Source: an uncultured Actinomycetes bacterium
Lineage (GTDB): Bacteria; Actinomycetota; UBA4738; HRBIN12
NCBI GenBank assembly: GCA_963704885.1
Contig: CAVPIB010000001.1
Coordinates: 128,001-192,000 of the forward strand
Length of the DNA: 64,000 nucleotides
Direction of reading: 5' to 3'
The notes below the pieces were generated by a model that saw only the letters and a list, made by a program, of their open reading frames with translations, was not told the DNA's origin and did no database searches. Of this stretch, positions 18,701 through 29,905 are shown piece after piece. How positions within the stretch are numbered: position 1 is the first letter of the stretch; each line of letters begins with the position of its first letter. A program made the position numbers and the translations under genes.

Positions 18701-21700
18701 CCAGGACGTCGTGTGGGACAGCGGATCAGTCATCGAGGTCATCCGAGCGTTGTCGTCGTAGGTGTAGGTCGACGTGTTGTTGTTGGCGTCGGTCTTGGCC
18801 TCGACGAGTCCGCGTTCGTCGTAGTCCCAGAGCGTCTCGGCGCCGGTGGGATCGGTGACCCGGATCAGGTGTCCGACCGCGTCGTATAGGAACTCGGTAT
18901 CGCGATCCAGGGGATCCCTGATCAGGATCAGCCGGCCGAGGAGGTCGTAGAAGTACGTCGTCGTCGCATCGAGCGGGTCGGTCTCGGTCTTCAGATGCCC
19001 GGCACCGTCGTAGGTGTAGGTCCAGGTGTGTGCGAGTGGGTCGGTCTCGGTGAGCTTGTGACCTCCGTCGTCGTAGGTGTAGGTCCAGGTGTTCTCCAAC
19101 GGATCGGTCTTCGTGAGCATGTTGCCGTCGGCGTCGTAGGTGAACGTCGTCTCCCGCTCCAGCGGGTCGGTCGAGGAGATGAGGTTCCCGTCGCCGTCGT
19201 AGGCGAGCGTCGTCGTGTTGCCGTTGCCGTCGGTCACCGTCGTCGGCAGATGCTTGGCGTTGTAGGTGAACGAGACGGGGTTCGCGAGCGGGTCCAGGGC
19301 CTCGAGCAGGTCCCCGTCGTCATCGAAGTCGAAGTCCCACTCGTTGAACTCGGGATCGATGACTGCGTCCAGGTTCCCGACGCCGTCGTAGACGTAGGAG
19401 ATCACGTGATCCGTCGGATCGACCGCGGCCTGGGTGCGGTGAAACCCGTCGAAGTAGAAAGTGGACTCCCCGCCCTCGGGATCGGTGACGAGCGTCGCGC
19501 CTTTCCCGGGGGTGTCGTAGGAGAGTTCGATCGTGTGATCGGCGGCGTCTGTCTGCGATACGACCCGGCCGAAGTCGTCGTAGACGTTGGCGACGACCTG
19601 GTTCTGCTCTTGGTCAGTGACTGTTGCGAGGCGGTGATGGTCGTAGGTGTAGGTGCGCTCGCCGTCCTCGGGGTCAGTCACCGAGACGAGGTCGTCCGAG
19701 CCGTCGTAGGCGTAGGTGTAGACCGCATCGAGCGGGTCCGTGACGGTGAGGAGACGCCCGGAGCTGTAGGTGAGGGTGATGCTCCGATCCCCCGGCGCCT
19801 CGACGCTACTGAGCAGGCCCCCGCCGTCGTAGGAGAGGGCGATCTCGTTGCCGTTCAGATCCTCGATCGAATCCAGGCGCCCGGCCGAGGTGAACCGGTA
19901 GATCTGGTTGTTCTTCGTGGTGAGCGTGAACTCCCCGCCGGTCTCTTCCACGAGCGCCGAGTGCACGCGCGGATCGGCAACGCGGTACGTTCCGTTCGTC
20001 TGGTGGAGGAACCCCTCCTCCCGGCCCTGGCCGAAGACGACCGCGACGTCGCTCCCAGAGAACTCGAGATGCGTGTCGTAGGTGTGTGACCAGCGGTAAC
20101 CGAGCGTCCCGAGATGATCGGAGTGGGCGTTGTAGTAGCGGGTGAAGGCGAGCGGCGCCGTGCCGGGGAGCGAGAGGTCCTGCTCCGCGAAGGCGACCGA
20201 GCCGGTCGTGGTGTCGATACCCATCCCCACCCTGCTGGAGAACGGTTCGGAGAGCCGCTGGCGGGCGACGTTGTCGCCCAGCGAATACATGCGCCCCAGA
20301 CCGGGGATCTTGATGATGAAGCGCCCCCGATCGCCCATGAAGTCGCTCACGGGCAGACGTTCGGTCACGTATCCGGTCGGGTCGTTCGACGCGGTCGAGA
20401 GGATCACCCAACTCTGGGACTGATCGTTCTCCCAGGTCACCGACGTGCTCCCCGCACCGGAGCCAGCCCCGATGTCGTAGGCGAGCGTGAACCAGCGGGT
20501 CTGGACGTACGTCGTGTCGACGATCCCTGGGGAGATCCAGGCCGAGCGGATGTAGGACGTGGCGTCGACCGGCGTCGTGACGTAGCTCCCATGGGTGTCT
20601 TCGCCCACCGCGATCCCTCCGGTGCCCGTGACCGCCCAACCCGGCAATACGGAGGTGACCAGACCGGCATCGTCGACGTTCAACCCCGGGCCGGACCACG
20701 GTCGGATACGGAGCTTCACCGTCTCCCCGGTATGCGCCCCGATCCCGTACGTGAGCGTCGTCCACGTCGACCCGATGGACGTGTAGTCGAGCTGATCAAC
20801 GGTCTCGAAGCTCGTCCCCGTCAGGACCTCGACGAAGAAGTACTCCGAGGAGCTCGTCTTGGAGCGCACCCGGAGTGAGATGTTCTGCGCGTCATCGGCG
20901 ACCTCGACCGCGCCTGAGATCAGGTTCCCGTTGGTGGAGACGTAGTGGCCCCCGGCACCGTCGCTGATGCGTTCGGCGGATGCCGGTACCGACCAGTCGG
21001 GGATCTCCTCGAGCTGGACCCCGATGTCATCCGCGTGGATCGTGCCGGTGATCTGTGTCACCCTTACCTTGATGTCCTCGCCTAGGTACGGTGAGATATC
21101 GAAGCGCACGTCTTCCCATGCGGACGTGGAGGCGTAACCGATCTTCACATCCGTGTAGGTCGAGTAGTTCGGCCCCACGGCTACCTTGATCCGGTACTGA
21201 GGGCTGCCGCCCGTGCCCTTGATCTGCACGCTGCCCTGTTGAGCCATCTCATCGACGGCGAAGGCCTCGGTCGTGACGGTGATCGAAGTAGAGATGCTCA
21301 CATAGTGGTCTCCCTGACCGTCGACCTCGCGGCGGAAGTTGCCCGCGAGAACGTGACCCGGGAAGACCTCCTGGATCGAAACATCGTCGACCCCGACCTC
21401 GCCTGAATACCGGGAGAACTTGAGCTTGATCTGCTGGTCTTGGTACGCGCTGACATCCACGTATGAGGTCGACCAATACCCGCACTGGTAGCAGCTGTCG
21501 TCCTTCAGGAGCGTCGAGGTCGAGAATCCGGTGCCGGAGAGGGCATAGACCCGGACCCAGCTGTAGCTGGACGTGGTCACGTAGTTCACGTTGTAGACGA
21601 TCGCCTGCGCGTCCGAGTCGATGTCGAGCGCAGAGCTCGTCAGCGTGTCGCTCGAGCCGAGCTTCGCCCAGTCGTCGCCGTTGTCGGTCTGGATCGAGGG

Positions 21701-22105
21701 GTCGCTCGTGATCGTCCAGCCGCTGAAGGTTCCAGTCTCGAAGTCTGCGTTGGAAGGCGTGTCTTGGGTCACCGGGTCGTCCTCGAGATCGAAGTTCTCC
21801 CGAGGGGTGCCGACCTCCTCCGAGGCGGCCTCGAAATCGGCGTTCGAGGCCGAAGCTAGTGCCTCGGTTTTCCCATCGAACGTGTGATTCAACGGATACG
21901 CAGGTTCGGCATCTGAGAGGGTCGGCGGGTCTGCCTTCGCCTCCGGGGTCAAACCTGGCAGGAATGACCCTCGCGGAACCGCTTGCAGGACAAGCGCAAC
22001 CGCCGTGAGACACAGGATAATGGCGATGCGGCGATGCTTCGGCTGGTGTATCGGTCGGTCGGTTCCTCCGTTCCGATCGGGGCCGCCAGACCGGAAATCA
22101 GTCAT
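15751..22105 (-). CDS. Secreted RHS/YD-repeat polymorphic toxin (about 2,100 aa; frame interrupted at 18272-18360)
   Basis: Signal peptide, jelly-roll-like repeats (NADFETGTFSGW), DUF6531-like block, long YD repeats, RHS core (FGFTGE...YLRARTLDPALGRFLQSD...NLYAYANNDPATWVDPSG), variable C-terminus. YD repeats run on across the indels. Confidence 0.9.
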
Positions 22106-22212
22106 CGTCGCATCCTCCCGCGGGGAAGCCCGATGATGAGTGACGGACGTTACTCCTGGCTTCACGCAAAGGCAAGCTCACCGTCACGCCGGAAGACCAC
22201 GTGCTCGGGGGG

Positions 22213-22926
22213 TTAGGCGCGCGGCGCCGGAATCCCCTCGATCCGCTCGCCTTGTCCGAACCGGCGCTCCCCGTCCGGTCGGACCAACGTGACGGCGCCC
22301 TCGCCCAGGACCCGCCAGCCGTCGCCGGACCAGGCGGCAGCCGTACGTTCATCGATACCGGCGAGCACGACCTTCTCGGACGGACGACCTGCTAAGGCCG
22401 ATCCGATCCACGACCGTCCGAACGTCCCGAAATGTGGCAGGACGGCGAGCCCGGGCACCAGGCCGAGCGCGTCGAGGTAGGTGCGATCATGGTCGCCGGG
22501 GAAGCGACTCCGGGTGAGCGTCCAGCTCCCCATGGCCATGGCCCCCGCGCTCGATCCCGCGAGCGCGGCACCGGCCAGCCACGCACCCATGATCGCCTCC
22601 CACACCGGCGATCCACGCAGGACGTTGGCCACGATCCCGGGATCGCCCCCGACCAGGTAGAAGAACCGACCTTCCGCCGCCCGGGCGGCCACCTCCTCGG
22701 ATCGCGCCTGCTTCGCCGTTCGAACCGGCAGCTCCTCCACGTCCAGTCCGAAGCGGGCGAACCAATCGCGGGCGTGTGTGACCGCGAGCTCGGGGCGGTG
22801 CCGAGCGGCGGCCGTGGCCACGATGTACGCCGGTCCGTCACCCGCTGCCGCTGCGAGCAACTCGTCCTGCGGTTCATTGCCGGGGTTCAGCTCGTCACCA
22901 CCGACCAATGCGAGAGGTCCGGCCAT
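22213..22926 (-). CDS. Peptidase S51 / cyanophycinase-like protein
   Basis: LALVGG, YLVGGDP, nucleophile GSSAGA, VLPHF, GIDERTA. Confidence 0.85.
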   Translation of the reverse strand: MAGPLALVGGDELNPGNEPQDELLAAAAGDGPAYIVATAAARHRPELAVTHARDWFARFGLDVEELPVRTAKQARSEEVAARAAEGRFFYLVGGDPGIVANVLRGSPVWEAIMGAWLAGAALAGSSAGAMAMGSWTLTRSRFPGDHDRTYLDALGLVPGLAVLPHFGTFGRSWIGSALAGRPSEKVVLAGIDERTAAAWSGDGWRVLGEGAVTLVRPDGERRFGQGERIEGIPAPRA

Positions 22927-22976
22927 GTCGGCAGCCTACGCCGGGGTCTCCCGAACGACCCGACTATGCTGGTCGC

Positions 22977-23846
22977 ATGTCCCTGTACGAGATGACCTCG
23001 AAGATCTCGTTCGCGGCGCCGGTCATGATCGGCGCGTTCGACGGGTGGATCGATGCATCGGGCGCATCGACGAGCGCGGCAACGACGCTCGGAAACCGCG
23101 GCGATGTGATCGCGCGGTTCGACACGGACGCTCTGTACGACTACCGCGCCCGCAGGCCGGCACTCGACGTGATCGACGGGACCCTCACGCGGCTCGAATG
23201 GCCCGAGCTCACGCTGCGGAGCATGGAATCGGGCGGGCGACACCTGTTGATCTTGACGGGTCCCGAGCCCGACTTCCGGTGGCGCCAGCTGGGCACCGAT
23301 GTCTTGGACCTGTGCTTGCGCGCAGGGGTCGTCCAATGGGCGAGTCTGGGCGCGCTCCCGGCAGCGGTTCCGCATACCCGGCCGGTACCTGTACTCGCGA
23401 CGGCATCGGCCCCGGATCTGCTCCAAGATGACGAGGTCCAGGGTCCAGCAGGTTTGCTCCGGGTCCCCGGCGCCGCGCTCAGCACGATCGAGATGGCAGT
23501 GAGCGGCACCGGGATACCCTCGGTCGGGTTCTACGCGCAGGTGCCTCACTACGTCGGAGGGCCATACGCCTCGGCATCGATCGCGTTGCTAGAGCACCTG
23601 GGACGCCACCTCGGCGTCGACCTCCCCCTAGGAGCGCTGGTCACCGAAGCTCAGGAGCAGCGCGATCGCCTGGATGCCGCCGTTGCCGAGGATGCGGATG
23701 CCGCAGGCTACCTGCAGCGGCTCGAGACGATCGCTGGCGACGAGCGCATACCGTCGGGTGACGAGCTCGCCTCGGAGATCGAGCGATTCCTCTCAGAGAC
23801 CGGCCGTGATGCCGGGGACGAGGGCGGGTCCTTCGAGGGGCGCTGA
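22977..23846 (+). CDS. PAC2 family (proteasome assembly chaperone-like) protein
   Basis: AFDGWIDA, DYRARRP, GPEPDFRW, VPHTRP, QVPHYV, ELASEIERFL. Confidence 0.9.
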   Translation: MSLYEMTSKISFAAPVMIGAFDGWIDASGASTSAATTLGNRGDVIARFDTDALYDYRARRPALDVIDGTLTRLEWPELTLRSMESGGRHLLILTGPEPDFRWRQLGTDVLDLCLRAGVVQWASLGALPAAVPHTRPVPVLATASAPDLLQDDEVQGPAGLLRVPGAALSTIEMAVSGTGIPSVGFYAQVPHYVGGPYASASIALLEHLGRHLGVDLPLGALVTEAQEQRDRLDAAVAEDADAAGYLQRLETIAGDERIPSGDELASEIERFLSETGRDAGDEGGSFEGR

Positions 23847-23867
23847 CGCTGGAGCGCGGTTGTTCCT

Positions 23868-25136
23868 TCAGCGATCGGTGACGACGGCCAGCACCGCATC
23901 AACAGCATCTTCGTAGCTCGTAACGCATCGCCCATGATCGACCAGCTCGCGCCAGATCTGCGTGGCGCGCCCCCCCGTGAAATCGCGCTCCGTGATCGGC
24001 ATCGTGTCCAACAGGACCATCGACCGGCCGCTCATGGCCGACTCCAGCGCCAGCTCGAGGTTCCGCACGTTCCCCGGCCCGAAGGGGACGTCGCAGACGA
24101 CGATGACATCGGCCGCGGCGGCCAGCCCTCGCCAGGTTATTGCGCTCTCGTCATCGATGACCGCGAACGCAGGAACAGACACACGCTCCAGGTCCAGGCG
24201 TTCGGCAACCACGTCGTCGGTGTCCGTTCCGTGGAGGACGCCGGCGGTTACTTGCACGCCTCGCTCCGCGAGCAGCCGGAACAGCGGCGCCGCGCGACCG
24301 GCGCCGCCGACCACCAGCGCCCGCACCGCGATCGCGGCGACGGCCGTCTCGGGTGGACCCACCGAGACGGCGGGTCGCCCGGTCGCGGGATTCGTGACGA
24401 CGTCGGCGGTGACGCCGTACACCGTCCGGAGGAGCTCGACGGTCACGACCTCCTCGGGACGTCCCTCCGCAACGATCGAACCATCGGACATCGCCACCAG
24501 GCGGTCGCAGGCAGCGACCGCCAGGGTGAGATCGTGTAAGACAGCAAGCACAGCGGTTCCCCGCGATGCGGCCAACTCGCGCATCAACTGGTGCAGCTCG
24601 ATCACATGGCGGATATCGAGGTGGGTCGTCGGCTCATCCAGCAGCAGGACCGGCGTCTCCTGGGCCAACGCCTGTGCGAGCACCACCCGTCGACGCTCAC
24701 CGCCCGAGAGCTCGGATATCGAGCGATCCGCCAGATGCTGCACGGCAACGGCTTCCATCGCCTCGCGTACGGACCTCCAGTCCTGCTCCGAACCCGATCC
24801 CCATCGGGAGAGGTAAGGGGTGCGCCCCATCAGCACGAACTCGAGCACGGAGATCGCGAACGCCGGCAGCACGTCCTGCGGGACCACCGCGACCATCCTG
24901 GCGGCCTCGCGGCCGCTCATCGCGTACGGATCGCGCGCGGCCACGCGGACCTCGCCCGCGGTGGGAGGCAGGGTCCTCGACACCACACGGACGAGGGTGG
25001 TCTTTCCACATCCGTTCGGTCCGACCAGCCCAACGACCTCGCCGGCGCTCGCCGAGACGTCGATCCCGTGCAACACCTCTGTCGAGCCATACGCAGCGCG
25101 CACACCCCGCAGCTCCAGCGTGGCCTCAAGCACCAC
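23868..25136 (-). CDS. btuD: Cobalamin ABC transporter ATP-binding protein with C-terminal extension
   Basis: GPNGCGKT, LSGGE, LLLDEPT, VLHDL; last gene of the riboswitch-led operon. Confidence 0.85.
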   Translation of the reverse strand: MVLEATLELRGVRAAYGSTEVLHGIDVSASAGEVVGLVGPNGCGKTTLVRVVSRTLPPTAGEVRVAARDPYAMSGREAARMVAVVPQDVLPAFAISVLEFVLMGRTPYLSRWGSGSEQDWRSVREAMEAVAVQHLADRSISELSGGERRRVVLAQALAQETPVLLLDEPTTHLDIRHVIELHQLMRELAASRGTAVLAVLHDLTLAVAACDRLVAMSDGSIVAEGRPEEVVTVELLRTVYGVTADVVTNPATGRPAVSVGPPETAVAAIAVRALVVGGAGRAAPLFRLLAERGVQVTAGVLHGTDTDDVVAERLDLERVSVPAFAVIDDESAITWRGLAAAADVIVVCDVPFGPGNVRNLELALESAMSGRSMVLLDTMPITERDFTGGRATQIWRELVDHGRCVTSYEDAVDAVLAVVTDR

Positions 25137-26172
25137 GGAGGCTCCTCCCTTGCTCCCGCCGGAGCAGCCAGAGGAAGAACGGCGCGCCGATCAGGGCCGT
25201 GACGACGCCTAGCGGCAGCTCTTCGGGCTCCACGGCGACGCGTGCGATCAGGTCGGCCAGCACCATGAAGATGGCTCCGCCGAGCAGCACCGCAGGCAGC
25301 AGCCGACGATGATCGGCTCCGACGAACAGGCGTAAGACGTGCGGCGTCATCAATCCGACGAAGCCGATCACGCCGGCCACCGAGACGGCGGCGGCGGCGA
25401 GCAGTGCCCCTACCGCGATCGCGCGCCGCTTGAATATCGCAACGTCTACCCCGAGCTGCGCCGCTCGCTCTTCGCCGAGTGCCATGAGGTTCATGTCACG
25501 TACCAGGAAGACGGCGGCGGCGATGCCGATCACGAGGAAAGGAACGACGGCTCCCACGGAGTTCCAACCCCTGGCGCTCAATCCACCCAGGAGCCAGAAG
25601 TAGATGCTCCTTATCTGCTCACCCGAGAACGACATCACAAGTGACATCACGCTCGAGATCGCTGCGGCAACAGCGATGCCCGCGAGAAGGAGCGTCGCCA
25701 CCTGCACCGCGGGACCGATCCGGGCCAAGCGGTAGACCAGGAACGCGGTGACGAGCGCGCCGGCGAAGGCGGCGGCCGACACCAGGAGGCCACCCGCCGC
25801 AGCCCCTGCGCCGGCCACGATCACGACGATGGCGGCCAAGGCCGCGCCGGACGACACACCGATGATGGCCGGATCGGCGAGCGGATTGCGGAACAACCCC
25901 TGAAACATCATCCCGGACGCGCCCAGGCCGGCGCCCACCAGTACAGCCAGGAGCACCCGCGGCAACCGGAGTTGCAGGACGATGACCTCGGCCGCCCGTG
26001 AGACGCCGTCCGGCTCCTGGATTAGATACAGCTTCCAGGCGAAGATCCGAAGCGTCGACCACGGGGGGATCCACACGGCGCCCACGGCCACCGATACGAG
26101 CACCGAACCGACGAGGACGAGCGACAGCACGACCATGACATGGCGGTACCGTCGCGCGCCCGGGAGCGGCAT
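25126..26172 (-). CDS. btuC: Cobalamin ABC transporter permease (FecCD/BtuC)
   Basis: LRLPR, FRNPLADP, LGEERAAQLG, IGFVGL, ELPLG. Confidence 0.92.
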   Translation of the reverse strand: MPLPGARRYRHVMVVLSLVLVGSVLVSVAVGAVWIPPWSTLRIFAWKLYLIQEPDGVSRAAEVIVLQLRLPRVLLAVLVGAGLGASGMMFQGLFRNPLADPAIIGVSSGAALAAIVVIVAGAGAAAGGLLVSAAAFAGALVTAFLVYRLARIGPAVQVATLLLAGIAVAAAISSVMSLVMSFSGEQIRSIYFWLLGGLSARGWNSVGAVVPFLVIGIAAAVFLVRDMNLMALGEERAAQLGVDVAIFKRRAIAVGALLAAAAVSVAGVIGFVGLMTPHVLRLFVGADHRRLLPAVLLGGAIFMVLADLIARVAVEPEELPLGVVTALIGAPFFLWLLRREQGRSLRGA

Positions 26173-27119
26173 CAGCCCGACGGGTGCAGAGCGGCTTCCA
26201 GCGCCTCGAGCCCCTCGATGACCCGCGGACCCGGTCGCGTGATCAGGTCTGAGTCCACCATCACCACGGCGCCGGAGGCCACGGCGGGGATCGCCTCGAA
26301 CCCGGGACGGCTAGCCACCGCCTCGGCGCTCTTCGCGGATTCCGGTGTCGCGACGTACACGTCCACCCGACCCGCGATCAGCTTCTCCACCGACCACGTC
26401 GGGTAGTCACTCTTCGCGTTCGCCGTCGCGGGATCGCAGCCGGCCCGCTCGAGCAGGTCGTAGATGAACGTTTCGGGACCGATGGTCGTGAGGGGAGGGA
26501 AGTACACCTCGAAGAAGCATGAGACCGGGCCGCCGGCGTCGGTCACCGCCGCCGTGACGGCATCCGCTCGTGCCTGCATGTCCGAGGTCAGCGCGTCGGC
26601 CGCCTCGGTCGCTCCGGTGATGCGGCCCAAGGAACGGATGTCGTCGAGGAGATCGGGCAGGTCGGTCGCGTTCAACGTGACCACGGGAACGTCCAGGTCG
26701 CGCAGCCGCTGCTTCCACTGATCCCCGCCCGAGATCGTCAGGAACAGATCCGGCTGGATCGACACGACCTCCTCGATGTTGGGATCGACCCCGAATTCAC
26801 CCGCACCGCCGATCTCCGGCACTTCCTCAGCGGCAGCCGGGTAGTCGTCGTAGCTGCCCGACACTCCTACCAGGCGATCGCCGAGTCCGAGCGCATAGAC
26901 CGTCTCCGTCATGGAGGGGGCGAAGGTCACGATGCGCTGCGGCGGTGATTCGATGGTGACCTGTTGACCGTCGTCATCGGTGATGGTGATCGGGAAAGCA
27001 CTTGTCGAGTCCGATGAAGGGGAACTCGAGGCGGTCGCCCCACCGCCTGCAGTCGAACCTGAGCAGGCCGTCAGGAAGAGCAATGCGGCGGCGATGCCAC
27101 CGACAGATCGAGCACGCAT
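26172..27119 (-). CDS. btuF: Cobalamin ABC transporter substrate-binding lipoprotein
   Basis: Lipobox LTAC, FPITITDD, PQRIVT.APS.TE, TRPGPR. Confidence 0.9.
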   Translation of the reverse strand: MRARSVGGIAAALLFLTACSGSTAGGGATASSSPSSDSTSAFPITITDDDGQQVTIESPPQRIVTFAPSMTETVYALGLGDRLVGVSGSYDDYPAAAEEVPEIGGAGEFGVDPNIEEVVSIQPDLFLTISGGDQWKQRLRDLDVPVVTLNATDLPDLLDDIRSLGRITGATEAADALTSDMQARADAVTAAVTDAGGPVSCFFEVYFPPLTTIGPETFIYDLLERAGCDPATANAKSDYPTWSVEKLIAGRVDVYVATPESAKSAEAVASRPGFEAIPAVASGAVVMVDSDLITRPGPRVIEGLEALEAALHPSG

Positions 27120-27155
27120 CCGAGCGTCTCCTTTCGTGCGAAGGTGAACGCCTCC

Positions 27156-27303
27156 AGCGTGCGGTCCGATCTCCTGACTCCCGGATCCTCGCTCCCCCGA
27201 CCCCTTCCCAGGCACTAGGCCCAGTGGGCTACTGTCGGGATCGCTCCCCGGTCACAGTGGCGCGACCGTGCCGGATTCTCACCGGCTTCCCTTCGCGCAC
27301 GCT
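27156..27303 (-). ncRNA. Cobalamin (B12) riboswitch
   Basis: Minus strand AGGGAAGCCGGTGAGAATCCGGCACGGTCGCGCCACTGT...CCACTGGG...GGGAAGG...GAGTCAGGAGA; P1 AGCGTGCG/CGCACGCT; upstream of btuF. Confidence 0.93.
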
Positions 27304-27359
27304 TGAAGCTATGCGGTTGCGCGGAGTGTACCGCCGGGCTCGACCGGTAGCATCGTCGG

Positions 27360-28025
27360 ATGGCCGAGGCCCCCACCGAACGAACGCGCCTGCATCGCCA
27401 CCCGGAGCGCGGCGACCACGACCGCGCGACGATCCATGCGATCTTGGACGAAGCTCTGATCTGCCACCTGGCATGGGTGGGACCCGATGGGGAACCGCGG
27501 ATCATCCCCACGATCCACGCCCGAGACGGCAACACCCTCTACATCCACGGCTCACAGGCGAGTCGGACGCTCCGGGCGATCCGCGCGGGCGCGTGTGTTT
27601 GCGTGGAGGCGACGATCCTGGACGGTCTGGTGCTCGCCCGTTCGACGCCGATGCACTCCATGAACTACAGATCCGTCGTGGTGTTCGGCGCGCCACGCGA
27701 GGTGACCGATCGCGCCGAGATGGACCTGGCGCAGCGCGTCCTCGTCGAACATGTGATCCCCGGCCGGACCGCCGACGCGCGCATGCCCACGGACAAGGAG
27801 TTCAAAGAGACCGCGATCTTCGCCATCTCGCTCGATGAGGCCTCGGCGAAGATCCGCACCGGCGGTCCCGGTGACCCGGACGAAGATCTGTCGCTACCGG
27901 TTTGGGCCGGCGTGCTCCCATTGCGTCTCGCGACCGGCGAGCCGGAGCCCGACGATCGACTCGGGCCCGGCATCGACACCCCGGACTACGTGACGGGATA
28001 CCGTCGCGGCGGCCCGACGATGTGA
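27360..28025 (+). CDS. Pyridoxamine 5'-phosphate oxidase-like flavin-binding protein
   Basis: ILDEALICHL, LYIHGS, DGLVLARS..HSMNYRS, SAKIRTG, VWAGVLP. Confidence 0.9.
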   Translation: MAEAPTERTRLHRHPERGDHDRATIHAILDEALICHLAWVGPDGEPRIIPTIHARDGNTLYIHGSQASRTLRAIRAGACVCVEATILDGLVLARSTPMHSMNYRSVVVFGAPREVTDRAEMDLAQRVLVEHVIPGRTADARMPTDKEFKETAIFAISLDEASAKIRTGGPGDPDEDLSLPVWAGVLPLRLATGEPEPDDRLGPGIDTPDYVTGYRRGGPTM

Positions 28026-29245
28026 GCTCGCCCGAGCCGGCCGCACGTCCCACTCTCCGGCAGAACCTGCGGGGACTCCCTCGGCCGGTGTGGATCCTGT
28101 TCGCCGGGGCGTTCGTCAACAGGCTGGGCACGTTCGTCCTGCCCTTCATCACGCTTTATCTCACTAGCCGCGGCTATTCGGTGCCGCAGGCCGGACTGGG
28201 TCTGGCGGCATACGGGCTGGGAGCGATCGGCGCCCAGGGCGTCGGCGGCTTGCTGGCCGACCGGCTGGGCCGGCGGAACACGATCGCGCTGTCGATGTTC
28301 GGCGGCGCCGCGCTGACCCTCTCCCTGGTCTGGGTAGATGGTCTGCTCCCGATCGTTGTCGTGGTGACGCTGCTCGGCTTCGTCGCGGAGCTGTACCGAC
28401 CCGCGTCGAGCGCGCTGCTCACCGATCTGATCCGGCCGGAAGCGCGCGTGGCCGCGTTCAGCGCCAACCGACTGGCCTTGAACATCGGGTTCGCGGCCGG
28501 CCTCACGCTCGGCGGCCTGTTGGCGGCACGCTCGTACCATCTGCTGTTCATAGGCGACGCCGTGACGTCGGCGGCCTTCGGGGTGATAGCGCTGGTGGCG
28601 CTCCCCCACGGCACCAGGACCACCAGGCACGAGGAGCGCCACCTAACCGGCGCCGGTCGCTCCATGGCGGCGGATCGGGGCTTCCTCCTGTTCCTGGCCG
28701 CGGTGTTCATGACGGCCGTCGTCTACATGCAGAACGCCAGCACTTTCGCCTTGCACGTGGTCGACTTGGGTTACTCCACGAAGGTGTACGGGCTGCTGCA
28801 GGCGATGAACGGCGTGCTGGTCACGCTGCTCGAGTTGCCGATCAGCTCTTGGACCCAGCACCGACCCCGCACACGCATGATCGCCCTCGGCGCGGTGCTC
28901 GTGGGCCTGGGCTTCGCTGAGCTCGCATTCGTGAAGGCTCTCCCCGGATTGTTGATCATGGTGATGATCTGGACGCTCGGCGAGATCGTGGAATCGCCGG
29001 CAACGTCGGCCTTCGTGGCCGATCGGGCCCCCGAGCACGCCAGGGGTCGCTACCAGGGAGCTCTAGGCATGATGTACGCGTGCGCCGCGGTCGTCGGCCC
29101 GCTCGCGGGAACGTCGATCTACCACCTGAGCCCGAACGCGCTGTGGGTCGCGTGCGGGGTGGCGGGGTTCGCCAGCGCGGCGCTCGCGCTTCGGGCTGGG
29201 CACCACTCCGCCCCGGAGTTGACGACGGCTCGACATCGCGGTTAG
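28022..29245 (+). CDS. MFS transporter
   Basis: About 12 TM segments; GGLLADRLGRR, APEHARGRYQG. Confidence 0.9.
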   Translation: MSSPEPAARPTLRQNLRGLPRPVWILFAGAFVNRLGTFVLPFITLYLTSRGYSVPQAGLGLAAYGLGAIGAQGVGGLLADRLGRRNTIALSMFGGAALTLSLVWVDGLLPIVVVVTLLGFVAELYRPASSALLTDLIRPEARVAAFSANRLALNIGFAAGLTLGGLLAARSYHLLFIGDAVTSAAFGVIALVALPHGTRTTRHEERHLTGAGRSMAADRGFLLFLAAVFMTAVVYMQNASTFALHVVDLGYSTKVYGLLQAMNGVLVTLLELPISSWTQHRPRTRMIALGAVLVGLGFAELAFVKALPGLLIMVMIWTLGEIVESPATSAFVADRAPEHARGRYQGALGMMYACAAVVGPLAGTSIYHLSPNALWVACGVAGFASAALALRAGHHSAPELTTARHRG

Positions 29246-29246
29246 A

Positions 29247-29263
29247 TATATCGAAGCGATATA
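29247..29263. promoter_or_regulatory. TATATCG-N3-CGATATA palindrome, probable PadR operator of padR-ino1
   Basis: Perfect AT-rich inverted repeat about 60 nt upstream of the PadR gene. Confidence 0.7.
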
Positions 29264-29320
29264 CGCGAGCGGCTTTTCCCGCCGCGTGACATCCTCCAAC
29301 GAAGGAGTACGAGAGCTCAC

Positions 29321-29905
29321 ATGCTTGAACTCGCGATCCTCGGCTTACTCAAGGAGCAACCCATGCACGGCTACCAGCTATCCCGGGAGCTCGGAGAATC
29401 GCTGGGCGGGTTCTGGCGGGTCAGCTACGGCTCGCTCTACCCATCGCTCCGTCGTCTGGAGAAGGAGGGCGCCGTCGAGAGCGTCCCCAGCGACCAGGGT
29501 GGACGACGGAAGAACGTCTACCGCATCACCGAGAAGGGCGAGAAGATCTTCTTCGAGCTGCTTCAGGAGACGCCGCACGACAACTCCACCGAGGACACCC
29601 GTTTCCGCGTGCGCCTCGCCTTCTTCAAGTACCTGCCGCCCGAGACGCGGATCCGCCTGTTGGAACGGCGACGCGCATCGCTCGAGGATCGGCTCTCCAC
29701 CATCAAGGACTCGTTGCGCGCCACGCGCGAGCGGGTCGACGACTACACGCTCGCCCTCATGGAACACGGGCAGAGCGCCACCGAATCCGACATCGCGTGG
29801 CTCGACGGCTTGATCCAGGCCGAGCGCCACCGCACGGCAGACATCCCGGGGGGGACGAAGCGTATAGACCCAGCGACGCTTCGCAGGAAGGAGCGCGCCT
29901 CATGA
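29321..29905 (+). CDS. PadR family transcriptional regulator (Rv0047c-like)
   Basis: LELAILGLL...[25 protein letters not shown]; this family sits upstream of ino1 in actinobacteria. Confidence 0.92.
   Translation: MLELAILGLLKEQPMHGYQLSRELGESLGGFWRVSYGSLYPSLRRLEKEGAVESVPSDQGGRRKNVYRITEKGEKIFFELLQETPHDNSTEDTRFRVRLAFFKYLPPETRIRLLERRRASLEDRLSTIKDSLRATRERVDDYTLALMEHGQSATESDIAWLDGLIQAERHRTADIPGGTKRIDPATLRRKERAS

Noticed and set aside
17000-19900. Quasi-periodic gtcgtaggtgtagg / gggtcggt repeats
   Set aside because: These are coding YD repeats of the RHS protein, not a CRISPR or non-coding array.
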